A stretch of 20,919 nt of DNA, taken from an uncultured virus (IMG/VR IMGVR_UViG_3300014913_000010) (taxonomy: Duplodnaviria; Heunggongvirae; Uroviricota; Caudoviricetes). The position numbers were made by a program, and so were the translations under genes. Positions within the stretch are counted from its first letter, which is position 1; the number at the start of each line of letters is the position of its first letter. Shown here in pieces: positions 1 to 8,585 of the stretch. The stretch is taken from the IMG/VR virus record IMGVR_UViG_3300014913_000010; one strand, 5' to 3'. The notes below the pieces were generated by a model. It saw only the letters and a program-made list of their open reading frames with translations. It was not told where the DNA came from and did no database searches.

Positions 1-381
1 GTTAATCCTAAAATGATGTATACTCCCGGCGGTGTTTGGTGGGGGATGTCGGCATATGAAAATCAAACGGCAATAAAAGTAGAGCCGAGATATTCTTGGA
101 GTGATGATGGTATTATTGCGCCTACTATTGGTGGTCGAATACTAATGTATCCTTGCTATTTATGTCAATCATTTGTACTAGAATGCTATATGGATTTGGA
201 TGGTGTTTACTTAGCAGTTGGAACAGGCATACAGGCTGAAGATACAATTGATCGGGCGCAAAAGAAATGTATCGTGTTTCCGAATATCTGGCGCAATACT
301 TATTATGATCATTGTGCAATAGCGGCATATGATATTACTACTACGACCACAACTACTTCAACATCAACAACTACTTCATAA
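1..381 (+). CDS. 5'-truncated putative virion structural protein with C-terminal poly-Thr/Ser tail
   Basis: Frame 1 is open from base 1 (GTT AAT CCT AAA ATG...), so the gene probably starts upstream of the window. It ends TTTTTTTSTSTTTS-stop and lies upstream of the tail-tip module. Confidence 0.7.
   Translation, partial: VNPKMMYTPGGVWWGMSAYENQTAIKVEPRYSWSDDGIIAPTIGGRILMYPCYLCQSFVLECYMDLDGVYLAVGTGIQAEDTIDRAQKKCIVFPNIWRNTYYDHCAIAAYDITTTTTTTSTSTTTS
337..378 (+). repeat. Poly-Thr/Ser coding tract 1 (TTTTTTTSTSTTTS)
   Basis: ACN and TCA codons directly before the stop; all four Thr codons are used. Confidence 0.95.
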
Positions 382-393
382 GGAATTTGAAAA

Positions 394-1377
394 ATGGCCG
401 GACAGATTTATAACTATACGGTGCATAGTCTCCCTACTAGTGGTAAAGATGCATTAGCAAAACTCAGAACCTTTTTAATCGCTCAAGGTTGGACAAGTGA
501 AGACTATCGAACAAGTGTAGACTGGGGAAGTGATGGTAGTGGTGGTTATCAGTGGAATGCTGGCAACGATGACTTCTGTCAGATGTTTAGTAATGGATAT
601 GGTCATCAATCAATACGTACTAGATTATATGTAGAGTATGATTCTACATATACTAATCAATATAAGTTCTATAGTAGTGTGTTAGACCCCACTGACGATG
701 GAGTACTAGACTTCAATTCTTCTGTGCACCCAAAGGATCAAGGGGCATGGTATGATACACAGATGCACTACCTTACAGTGCCGTCAGGAACGTTTAATGA
801 ATTGTACTTATTTGGAAATAATAAGTGGTTCCTGATTGGCTTCCGTTGTACTGCTACTACTTTTATCCAATTCAATTTAGGGACTCCTGAGTTGTACCCG
901 GAGTACAGAAACACTACTGAATTAATGATGCGGTTTCCAGGACAGAATACTAATAATGTATTGTATAGGTGGGATGCACTAGACAATGGTTCGTATGCTG
1001 GTCACTTCTTTCGTCCGTGGGCAATCAAAGGAGTACAGAATTGCCATATCATGTACTATGATGGTGAATCGCAAAACTATACCAAAGTCAATATGAACAT
1101 GACTGAAACAAACGGATCTGAAACAGGATATTGGAGTAGGTTTAGAAATGTTAGACGTGTAAATTCGTGGTCAGGCAAACGTTTGATGATTCGCCCTGAT
1201 TTTTTCGTAAAAAATAGTAGTGATGTTTGGGAGCCTATTGGTCATCACCCTGCCCATGCCTTGCCGGTCGCGGGTTTAAGAATGGCGGAAATAGTAAAAT
1301 ATGGTAGTGAAGAATATATGACTTTCCCTTGTCCAGTATATGGTGAAGAGGATTCGTTCGGCATAAGGATTGCATAA
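394..1377 (+). CDS. Putative virion structural (tail-associated) protein, 327 aa
   Basis: Long ORF with AGGA upstream. The N-terminal L-x-K-L-R-x-F-L-x3-G-W pattern and its position resemble the ~310-330 aa virion proteins that precede the distal-tail/BR0599 block in such modules (recalled, not searched). Confidence 0.65.
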   Translation: MAGQIYNYTVHSLPTSGKDALAKLRTFLIAQGWTSEDYRTSVDWGSDGSGGYQWNAGNDDFCQMFSNGYGHQSIRTRLYVEYDSTYTNQYKFYSSVLDPTDDGVLDFNSSVHPKDQGAWYDTQMHYLTVPSGTFNELYLFGNNKWFLIGFRCTATTFIQFNLGTPELYPEYRNTTELMMRFPGQNTNNVLYRWDALDNGSYAGHFFRPWAIKGVQNCHIMYYDGESQNYTKVNMNMTETNGSETGYWSRFRNVRRVNSWSGKRLMIRPDFFVKNSSDVWEPIGHHPAHALPVAGLRMAEIVKYGSEEYMTFPCPVYGEEDSFGIRIA

Positions 1378-1380
1378 AAA

Positions 1381-2391
1381 ATGGGAAACTCAAAATCAAT
1401 ATTAACTTCTGGTTTTTCAGTAGTTAATGATGAACTAGTAGTTCATAAGATTCCTTCTGAACTTCCAATACTAGGAAATAAATCAGATGTTGGAGCTGTT
1501 AGCCTTGTAGATACTAGAGTAATAGAATCCGTTCATGGGTCAGGTTTTATAAATAACCCCAATAGAAACAAGAAAAGTGTTATGGATAGTATAGGGGATA
1601 TTTTAATATATAATCGGATTTGGGTTGAACCACTAGAAGTTGCATCTGGATTTATTACTGAGGAGTCTGAAACAAACATCTACATATGGAATGCCGAATA
1701 TGGCAGCACTGCAACAATTGAATCACTTACTTCAGTACTACCTGATGGCACTAGTTTTTCTTTAGATCCTGCAGATACACCACTAGAGCTTGGAATTGAT
1801 GCTGAAATTATTTATGTTGTCACCGTTGAAAAGCCCGGCCCTCCTATACAGGACACCTACTATACGATTACTATAGAAGGAATTGAATATGAAATTTATG
1901 TTCATGGCACAAGGGTTATTCCAATTGATCAAGAACCGGATTGGCGTACTCCTCCTACTTATCGATATCGGTTTCAAACAGTAGTTGCTTCGTCACCGAC
2001 TTTTCAAGAGCAGCGCAGATCATTAACTAATCGTATGTTAAGGGAAGCACTAATAGACTTTACTATTCAAAATAATTTACTTAATAGATTTATTAATGAT
2101 ATTACTTACGGACATGATAAGGTGTTTGGTGTTCCTATTTATTCGGAAGCGTCAGTACTATCAACACAAGCCACTTCTGGTAGTTTAACTTTACTACTAA
2201 ACAATACGACTGATTATTACTGGAACCTTAATAATTTATGTACTCATGTTATCATTATTGATTATGAGAATGACATAGCAGAAATTAAAGAAGTAGATAC
2301 AGTTAATTCAACCAATATAGTTCTTAGTCGGAATCTTATATATACCTATGAAGTGGGAACGGTAGTCTTCCCCTGTTTTTTGCTTCACTAA
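1381..2391 (+). CDS. Putative tail structural protein (YNRIW...IWNA N-terminal domain plus distal-tail-like domain); probably extends to 2477 through a frameshift
   Basis: Motifs YNRIWVEP, IWNA and EPDW-x2-P...EQRRSL. The -1 frame after the T6 run at 2376-2381 stays open to a TAA at 2475-2477 that overlaps the next ATG. Confidence 0.75.
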   Translation: MGNSKSILTSGFSVVNDELVVHKIPSELPILGNKSDVGAVSLVDTRVIESVHGSGFINNPNRNKKSVMDSIGDILIYNRIWVEPLEVASGFITEESETNIYIWNAEYGSTATIESLTSVLPDGTSFSLDPADTPLELGIDAEIIYVVTVEKPGPPIQDTYYTITIEGIEYEIYVHGTRVIPIDQEPDWRTPPTYRYRFQTVVASSPTFQEQRRSLTNRMLREALIDFTIQNNLLNRFINDITYGHDKVFGVPIYSEASVLSTQATSGSLTLLLNNTTDYYWNLNNLCTHVIIIDYENDIAEIKEVDTVNSTNIVLSRNLIYTYEVGTVVFPCFLLH

Positions 2392-2476
2392 AAGGAGTTA
2401 AATCTGTTAGCCAAACTGATAATATAGAAACAATAAATATTGAGTTTGGGGAATTTTTACTTGGGAGTGCAAGCTA

Positions 2477-3103
2477 ATGGCTGATAGTCTTGACGGATTA
2501 GGTAGTGGTGAACTTTTTCCTTTGATGCCTAATTGGGTAGTGAGGCCAACTACTAATCTAGTGATTGGAAGATACTACCAAACGCATCCTGGGTCTTCTT
2601 TTATCATAGAGGAATTAACTCCAGATGTTCCGGTGATTATTGAACTTGGATTTATGCTAGAGAAGGAAGATGAAAATATATTACTAGATTTTTTTCATGA
2701 ACGGAAAGGTATGCTGCAAAGATTCTGGGTAAAGGACCCAAAAACAGCCTTTGTACTAAAGGAAGTTGCTACTCTTGGTTCTAGTGTACTAAAATGCTAT
2801 CCAAACGGTGCGGAAGAAATTATGCGTGGCGATGAGAGAATTTGGATTGAAATGTCAGATACCGGTGATGTACTTACTAGAGAGATAACAGCCGTTGATT
2901 ACTATTCACCGGATGATGAAGTACACGTCAGTTTAAATAGTACAGTTGATCGTGATGTTACACCAACTAACCATCTACTAATAGCCCGATTGCTACTTGT
3001 TCGTTTTGCATATGATACATTAGAAATAAAAGGACAATCAAATCTTATTGGAGAATCAAGTATTAGGTTTAAGGAACTAGTAAAGGAGTATACGATAGTA
3101 TGA
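2477..3103 (+). CDS. Distal-tail-like (DUF2460-like) protein, 208 aa
   Basis: Motifs PNW, LLDFFHERKG..QRFW and C-terminal LLLVRF..D...FKEL. It lies immediately upstream of the BR0599 gene with an ATGA overlap. Confidence 0.65.
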   Translation: MADSLDGLGSGELFPLMPNWVVRPTTNLVIGRYYQTHPGSSFIIEELTPDVPVIIELGFMLEKEDENILLDFFHERKGMLQRFWVKDPKTAFVLKEVATLGSSVLKCYPNGAEEIMRGDERIWIEMSDTGDVLTREITAVDYYSPDDEVHVSLNSTVDRDVTPTNHLLIARLLLVRFAYDTLEIKGQSNLIGESSIRFKELVKEYTIV

Positions 3104-3906
3104 CACTTGAAACAAATAAGGCGGCACAAGAACAAACTCCAATGCCGGAGTTGTATACTTTTCTTTCAGGTAGTGCTTGGAGTCGTTATACTTCTCATAC
3201 TGAATCTCTAACTTTTGGTGGTGATATTTTTAATGCCGCACCAATTAAACGATCCGGCATTTCCTATGATACTAACTTTGGAAATATAGTAGTTAACATC
3301 ACTGCGCCACTACTTAGTTCTCTTAATTCCCATATTGCGAATCAGCCAATTGAAACAGTACACGTCACTATCTATAGGGCATTGTACGAAGACTTGACTG
3401 ACTGGGAAATCTTTTTTAAAGGAACCGTTAGAAGTGTAACAATTGAAAATAAAGTAGCACGAGCAGTTGTCGAAGCTAGTAGTGAAATTTTAAGATCAAA
3501 AGTTCCAACTGTTATTTTTCAAAGTGAATGTAATTGGGATCTTGCAGATAGTAATTGTGCGTTGCAAGATGAGGATTGGGTAGTTGATGTTGGATCAGTA
3601 TCTTCAATTAGTGGTCTTGACTATTTAATGACCGGTCTGAGTGCTTATGCCGATGACTACTTCACTGGAGGCGTTGCAACCTATGGCACGGATATGCGGC
3701 TCATTACTAAATGGGTACAGTCTACACAAACGATGACGGTTCAGGTTCCATTTGATAATAGGGTTACGAATGGGACAGTACTAGACCTCTTGCCGGGATG
3801 CGACGGTAGTCCAGATACATGCCAAACAAAGTTTAACAACTTTGATAACTACCTTGGGATGCCTTATATACCAACTACTAATCCGGTTATGTGGGGTTTC
3901 AAATGA
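3100..3906 (+). CDS. Phage BR0599/DUF2163 family tail hub protein (gpL-like Cys cluster)
   Basis: Diagnostic C-x-W-x-L-x-D-x2-C and C-terminal PGCD-x4-TC-x2-KFNN-x2-NY-x-G-x-PYIP-x2-NP motifs. Confidence 0.9.
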   Translation: MTLETNKAAQEQTPMPELYTFLSGSAWSRYTSHTESLTFGGDIFNAAPIKRSGISYDTNFGNIVVNITAPLLSSLNSHIANQPIETVHVTIYRALYEDLTDWEIFFKGTVRSVTIENKVARAVVEASSEILRSKVPTVIFQSECNWDLADSNCALQDEDWVVDVGSVSSISGLDYLMTGLSAYADDYFTGGVATYGTDMRLITKWVQSTQTMTVQVPFDNRVTNGTVLDLLPGCDGSPDTCQTKFNNFDNYLGMPYIPTTNPVMWGFK

Positions 3907-4394
3907 TGAAGCCTTACTTCTCAGATCAAGAAGCGTGGGACGACTACGATAGAATACTTAGGTCTTGGATTGGAACTCCTTTTCGCCATTTATGGGGAGT
4001 AAAGGGAAGGGGTGCAGATTGCACACTTTTTCTTGGAAACGCTTTACTAGAGCATGGAATATTAAACGCTCTCGAACATGATTACTATTCCCGTGACTGG
4101 CATATTCATACAACTGAAGAAAAAGTAATGAATGGGTTCTATCATCATATAGCAAGTAATTTAGGCGAAGGTTACGGAATATATCTAATGCCTATTGATA
4201 CTGAATTTATGCGTGGTGATATTTTAGGATTTAGTACTACTAAAACTGGAGTTACTAATCATTGTGGAATCATAATGGATGAACCTAAACTGCATATGAT
4301 AAATTCTATTAATAGAAGAGGAGTCTGCATTATTCCAGTTGTTAGTTGGTGGCTCAGGTATTTAAAAAATGTATTTAGGGTAGTGAAGGAATAA
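3903..4394 (+). CDS. NlpC/P60 family peptidase (tail-associated, gpK-like)
   Basis: Motifs WIGTPFRH...GADC (catalytic Cys), RGDIL and HCGI (catalytic His). Start placed at the ATGA overlap at 3903 rather than 3891. Confidence 0.88.
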   Translation: MMKPYFSDQEAWDDYDRILRSWIGTPFRHLWGVKGRGADCTLFLGNALLEHGILNALEHDYYSRDWHIHTTEEKVMNGFYHHIASNLGEGYGIYLMPIDTEFMRGDILGFSTTKTGVTNHCGIIMDEPKLHMINSINRRGVCIIPVVSWWLRYLKNVFRVVKE

Positions 4395-4396
4395 TC

Positions 4397-6652
4397 ATGG
4401 CAGTAGCAATAGCAATAGTAGCAGTCGCCGCTCTAGTAATTGGCGTTTACTTAGCTTCTCAAATGAAACCGCCAGGAGGTCAGGATATGTCTCCTGCTAC
4501 CCTGGACTCGTTTCAAATTACTAGAGCACAAGAAGGGCATTGCGTTCCTTTTATAACCGGTACAGTACGGCAGACCGGCAATATACTTTGGTATGGTAGC
4601 TTGACGACAGAAAAGGTAGTACAGGAAGTTGGAGGCAAGGGGGCTAGTAGTGAAGATGTAATAACCGGATACAAGTACTACCTCGATATATGGCAAGCGA
4701 TTTGTTTAGGCTCCGGGGAAATACTGTCATTGTATGTTAATGATAAACCTAAGACCCTTGCAGACCTTGGCAGTTATACACAGAACGATGGAAGTACAGA
4801 TACTTTTTACCCTACTCAACCCGGATCGTATGCTAATAGATTAAAAGGTGTTTGTCATATTTTCATGGATCAGTATCTGTGTGGTGAAAATGTTACTACT
4901 GTTCCTACAATGCACTGGATAGTAAAGAGTGTTAGTACTGCTCCATTAAATCATGCTAACATGACCGGTGGAACTAATCCTGCTGCTGTGATTTATGACC
5001 TACTAGTCATGGGAGGAGCAGTACAAGAAGATTTTAACCTTGCTAATTTCCAAAGCGCCGCGACATACTTTTACAACAAAGGATACGCGATCAATATTGC
5101 ATTTACTAAACAGAAAGAAGTAAGGGAGCATATAAATGATGTCCTTAACTATGTTGAAGCTGGTTTCGATATTGATTCAGAAGGGAAGTTTACTCTAACA
5201 CCTTTTGACCCTACAGATACAAGTGCTTTTACTGTTAGTAAAGATGACTATATTAAATTTCAGTTTACTCGTAGGGCATGGAAAGATACCTTTAATGATT
5301 TCCGAGCTAACTATACGGATGCAGATAAGGCGTATACTACCCGGACTTTAAGAACAAAGAACCCAGCAAATAAAAGGATGGTAGGGTATACTCGTCAGAA
5401 GACCGTTGACCTTACTGCTTTTACTGATGTTGAAATAGTAAGTAAACGATTATGGGAGATCATGCAACGGTTTAGTTATCCCGAAGCACAAATTAGTTGT
5501 ACGCTACCTTTTAAGTATGCTAGCTATCCTATAGGTACTGTGTTTACAGTAAACCACTCTGATTACGATATTAGCAATGCGGAGTTTAGAATAATAGGAA
5601 AGGATGTTGGTGAATACGATTCGCAGGAAGTAAAGATAACTGCAGTCCAAATGGTTGAAAAACTTGCGGACGACAACTACACCTCTGAAGGTGGTGGAAA
5701 ATGGGTAACTCCTGATTATTCACCGGTCGGCTTTGTTCATGAAAAGGTTTTTGAACTACCTTACAATCCAATCACTGGAAGTAATAAAGCATACTTACTA
5801 CTAGGAGCGAGGGAAGGAACGGAAACCGGATTTGTAGTAATTAAGTCCAACACCGGCACGGATTATGAAGTAGTAAAGACCGTTAATCAGTTTGCCCAAA
5901 GAGGTTTATTGAATGGCACATACCCGGACATTGATACTACTTATGCAATTGATGATGAAGTAGGTTTAATTTATACGCCATATAAAGAGGACCCAGTTTT
6001 TGGTAGCATTACTAGAACGGATTTGTTTACTTCTCTTAGGGTAGCGATTGTCGGTACAGAAGTAATGGGGTTTCAAACTGTTACCCCTTATGGTGCGTCT
6101 GATATAAAATTGACTGGGATCGTCCGTGGCCTTTTCAATACGCCGGTTGGACTTCATAGTAATGGTGCAGAAATATGGATAGTTAACTTAGATGATAACT
6201 TACTAGAAGGGATTACATCTACCGATTTCAAGTTAAAGTTTTTACCAACAGATGGAATAGAAACTGTAGATGCCGGAGACGTTTCTGCTATCACTGTTCG
6301 TCCCGATAGTAAAGCCGCAGATCCTTGGGATTTAACAATGCTCATTGCTGAAAGGACAGGTTCTTCGATAGTCATTACATGGTACAATACTTCTCAATAT
6401 TTTGATGGGGCCGGTAAAAAAGATAATGACGAGCAAGCGGATCAAGACCCATTTTTATATGAAGGTGATTTTAGATTTCAAACTAATATTCCGCATAATG
6501 AGTATGTTAGTGGTCACACAAAAACAATTTCTTATTCTGGATCATTCAATGTAACCATAACACCTAGATTGTCTGGGAACACCGGGACAGCAGTAGTTCT
6601 GGCAGTCGGATCATCTGATGGCTTTTATAGTGCACCTATAGGAAAGTATTAA
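4397..6652 (+). CDS. Phage tail tip / central hub protein (Phage-tail_3, tip attachment J-like), 751 aa
   Basis: Hydrophobic N-terminus; motifs VP-x2-G-x-VR-x2-GN-x2-WYG, NPAAVIYDLL and late GIVRG-x-FNT-x4-H-x2-G. Occupies the canonical position after NlpC/P60. Confidence 0.85.
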   Translation: MAVAIAIVAVAALVIGVYLASQMKPPGGQDMSPATLDSFQITRAQEGHCVPFITGTVRQTGNILWYGSLTTEKVVQEVGGKGASSEDVITGYKYYLDIWQAICLGSGEILSLYVNDKPKTLADLGSYTQNDGSTDTFYPTQPGSYANRLKGVCHIFMDQYLCGENVTTVPTMHWIVKSVSTAPLNHANMTGGTNPAAVIYDLLVMGGAVQEDFNLANFQSAATYFYNKGYAINIAFTKQKEVREHINDVLNYVEAGFDIDSEGKFTLTPFDPTDTSAFTVSKDDYIKFQFTRRAWKDTFNDFRANYTDADKAYTTRTLRTKNPANKRMVGYTRQKTVDLTAFTDVEIVSKRLWEIMQRFSYPEAQISCTLPFKYASYPIGTVFTVNHSDYDISNAEFRIIGKDVGEYDSQEVKITAVQMVEKLADDNYTSEGGGKWVTPDYSPVGFVHEKVFELPYNPITGSNKAYLLLGAREGTETGFVVIKSNTGTDYEVVKTVNQFAQRGLLNGTYPDIDTTYAIDDEVGLIYTPYKEDPVFGSITRTDLFTSLRVAIVGTEVMGFQTVTPYGASDIKLTGIVRGLFNTPVGLHSNGAEIWIVNLDDNLLEGITSTDFKLKFLPTDGIETVDAGDVSAITVRPDSKAADPWDLTMLIAERTGSSIVITWYNTSQYFDGAGKKDNDEQADQDPFLYEGDFRFQTNIPHNEYVSGHTKTISYSGSFNVTITPRLSGNTGTAVVLAVGSSDGFYSAPIGKY

Positions 6653-8086
6653 ATGCCAAAATTAACAGCTACACAACTTGAAAAGTTAAAACATGGTAGT
6701 CAAGGCTGGTCAGAAATAATGGCCCGGAATATGGAGTTACTTAATGACACCCTTCTTTATGTAGAGGAGTTGTTAGATGTAGATGTTACTTCTCTTTCTG
6801 ATAATGATATTTTGCGGTGGAATGCAAGCTCCAGTAAGTGGGAGAATGTTTCTCAGAATGTTGCGTTTCCATTAGCTTCGTCGAGCACTACCACTACCAC
6901 TACGACAACAACTACCACGACAACAACTTCACATACTACTACTACTGTTTCTTGTATCAATCTAAGTCCAAATGTTGCCGGTGAAGATTTCGGTGATCCA
7001 AATGGAGATGAAACCGGTACTCCATATGGTGGATGGGATAGAGTACTAGATGATGGAAATGCAACAGGGAGTTGGTATGCTTATGATGGTGGTTATCAAG
7101 TCACCGGTTGGACAGGTCAAGATTTTGGTGCTGGAAAAGCAAAACTGATTCGTGGATATGGTCTTTTATGTGATGGAGCATTAACTACTACTTGGCCAAA
7201 AACATGGACGCTGGAAGGTAGTAATAGCGGCGATTATGCTGGTGAAGAAGTAGTATTGCATACCATTACTAACTATACCGGTTGGGTTGCTGGAACCTGG
7301 AGCGAATGGTTATTTGATAACGATCAAGTATTTCGATTTATAAGGCTGAACGTAACTGAGAATAGTGGTAGTGGTACTTATTTGATAGTTCGTGAAATTT
7401 ACCTGTATGAGTGTTTGGATGATGTAGTTCTTTTTATTCAATCTAATACTACTGATGGTAGTACTACTTTTGATGATGAGTCCCCAAGTGACCATACTAT
7501 TAATACAAATGGAAACGTGCAGCATGATACCGGTGTTGAATCCCCGGAGGGAGATTCTAGTATACTATTTGATGGAACCGGGGACTTTTTAGATATAGAT
7601 ACTAGTGATGACTGGGACTGGGGAACAGATGACTGGACAGTTTCTTTTGACTTCTATGCAAAAGAACTTAGTGATGCCAATGGTCTTTGGTCTTTGCGGC
7701 AAAATACAGATACCCATCTATGGGCTCGTTGCGGTGGTGCTAATCATTTTGAAGCACGAGTAAACGGAACTTTATATGCTGTTAATAGTTTATCCGTTGA
7801 TACTTGGTATCGGTGTACTATGCTTAGGGATGGCGACGATGTAAAAATTTATATTGATGATTCTTTGGAGCATACTATAGATGTAACCGGTGTAAGTTTT
7901 GACGATAACGATACCGGCATATGGATAGGTCAGCAGTATAGTACAGCCTTTCCATTTGAAGGCAACATGGACAACTTTAAAATTGTGAAAGGCAGAGCCC
8001 AATATCCAAGGGCAGGATATGCCGGTGGAACTACTTCAACAACAACTACGACCACCACTACTACTACGACAACAACAACGGTGTAA
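6653..8086 (+). CDS. Tail fibre / receptor-binding-like protein: anchor domain, poly-Thr, discoidin (F5/8C)-like domain, LamG/ConA-like domain, poly-Thr tail
   Basis: Discoidin-like: WTGQDFG...PKTWTLEGSN...FRFIRLNVTEN...VREIYLY. LamG-like: SILFDGTGDFL...DWTVSF...WY...RDG...IYIDD...IG...FEGNMDNFKI. It starts one base after the tail-tip stop. Confidence 0.8.
   Translation: MPKLTATQLEKLKHGSQGWSEIMARNMELLNDTLLYVEELLDVDVTSLSDNDILRWNASSSKWENVSQNVAFPLASSSTTTTTTTTTTTTTTSHTTTTVSCINLSPNVAGEDFGDPNGDETGTPYGGWDRVLDDGNATGSWYAYDGGYQVTGWTGQDFGAGKAKLIRGYGLLCDGALTTTWPKTWTLEGSNSGDYAGEEVVLHTITNYTGWVAGTWSEWLFDNDQVFRFIRLNVTENSGSGTYLIVREIYLYECLDDVVLFIQSNTTDGSTTFDDESPSDHTINTNGNVQHDTGVESPEGDSSILFDGTGDFLDIDTSDDWDWGTDDWTVSFDFYAKELSDANGLWSLRQNTDTHLWARCGGANHFEARVNGTLYAVNSLSVDTWYRCTMLRDGDDVKIYIDDSLEHTIDVTGVSFDDNDTGIWIGQQYSTAFPFEGNMDNFKIVKGRAQYPRAGYAGGTTSTTTTTTTTTTTTTTV
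6878..6946 (+). repeat. Poly-Thr coding tract 2 (SSS-T14-SH-T4)
   Basis: Mixed ACN codons between the anchor and discoidin-like domains. Confidence 0.95.
8030..8080 (+). repeat. Poly-Thr coding tract 3 (TTS-T14, then V-stop)
   Basis: Mixed ACN codons at the C-terminus of 6653..8086. Confidence 0.95.
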
Positions 8087-8088
8087 CA

Positions 8089-8298
8089 ATGACTATTAAT
8101 GGCAGTACAAAATTAGAGACTCATACCTATAATGTTCCTGGGTGGGTGCATGTCTATAATAAAAATATAGACCTGTTAAATTATCGGTTATTAAAAATTA
8201 ATGCCTTGCTTGATGTTAAGACAAGCAACCTTGAAGATAAATCAATACTAGTATGGAATGCAAGTACTAGTCAATGGGTGTGTAGGAAATTTGAATAA
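8089..8298 (+). CDS. Small virion protein, anchor domain only (paralog of the N-terminus of 6653..8086), 69 aa
   Basis: Shares LE...GW...N..LLN..LL....LLDV....L.D..IL.WNAS.S.W with the first ~65 aa of the upstream gene. TAATG overlap with the next gene. Confidence 0.8.
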   Translation: MTINGSTKLETHTYNVPGWVHVYNKNIDLLNYRLLKINALLDVKTSNLEDKSILVWNASTSQWVCRKFE

Positions 8299-8585
8299 TG
8301 GCAACTACTGTCTTATCACCTTCGGGATTAAAAACATCTGATATTGGGGATTCAACAATTGGAGCCGGTGACGAGGATAATTGGAACCGCATGTCCAATA
8401 TCTTATTGAAATTAACTAATATACTAGACGTAGATGCAGCAGGAATTAGTGATGGTGATGTTCTTAAATATTCAGTTAGTGGTACTGAATGGATACCCCA
8501 TACGCCTCCTTATGCGGCAATGGCAACCACTACGACAACTACTACTACTACTACCACGACAACTACTACTACAACAACAGTGTAG
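8298..8585 (+). CDS. Small virion protein: anchor domain plus T18-V C-terminal tail, 95 aa
   Basis: ILLKLTNILDVDAAGISDGDVLKY...W matches the same anchor motif. It ends with 18 consecutive Thr and a Val. Confidence 0.8.
   Translation: MATTVLSPSGLKTSDIGDSTIGAGDEDNWNRMSNILLKLTNILDVDAAGISDGDVLKYSVSGTEWIPHTPPYAAMATTTTTTTTTTTTTTTTTTV
8526..8579 (+). repeat. Poly-Thr coding tract 4 (T18, then V-stop)
   Basis: 18 consecutive mixed ACN codons at the C-terminus of 8298..8585. Confidence 0.95.

Noticed and set aside
3100..6652. Gene transfer agent rather than phage
   Set aside because: The BR0599-NlpC-tip order is shared with GTAs, but the tip protein is short (751 aa) with no sign of the large GTA megatron extra domain. 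The many accessory structural genes also fit a larger phage genome.
6653..8086. Diversity-generating retroelement target in the fibre gene
   Set aside because: No reverse transcriptase and no template/variable repeat pair differing at adenines is visible in the window.
8526..8579. (ACN)n tracts as phase-variable microsatellites or assembly artefacts
   Set aside because: Third positions are mixed among all four Thr codons and the tracts stay in frame in three different genes, which points to protein-level selection.
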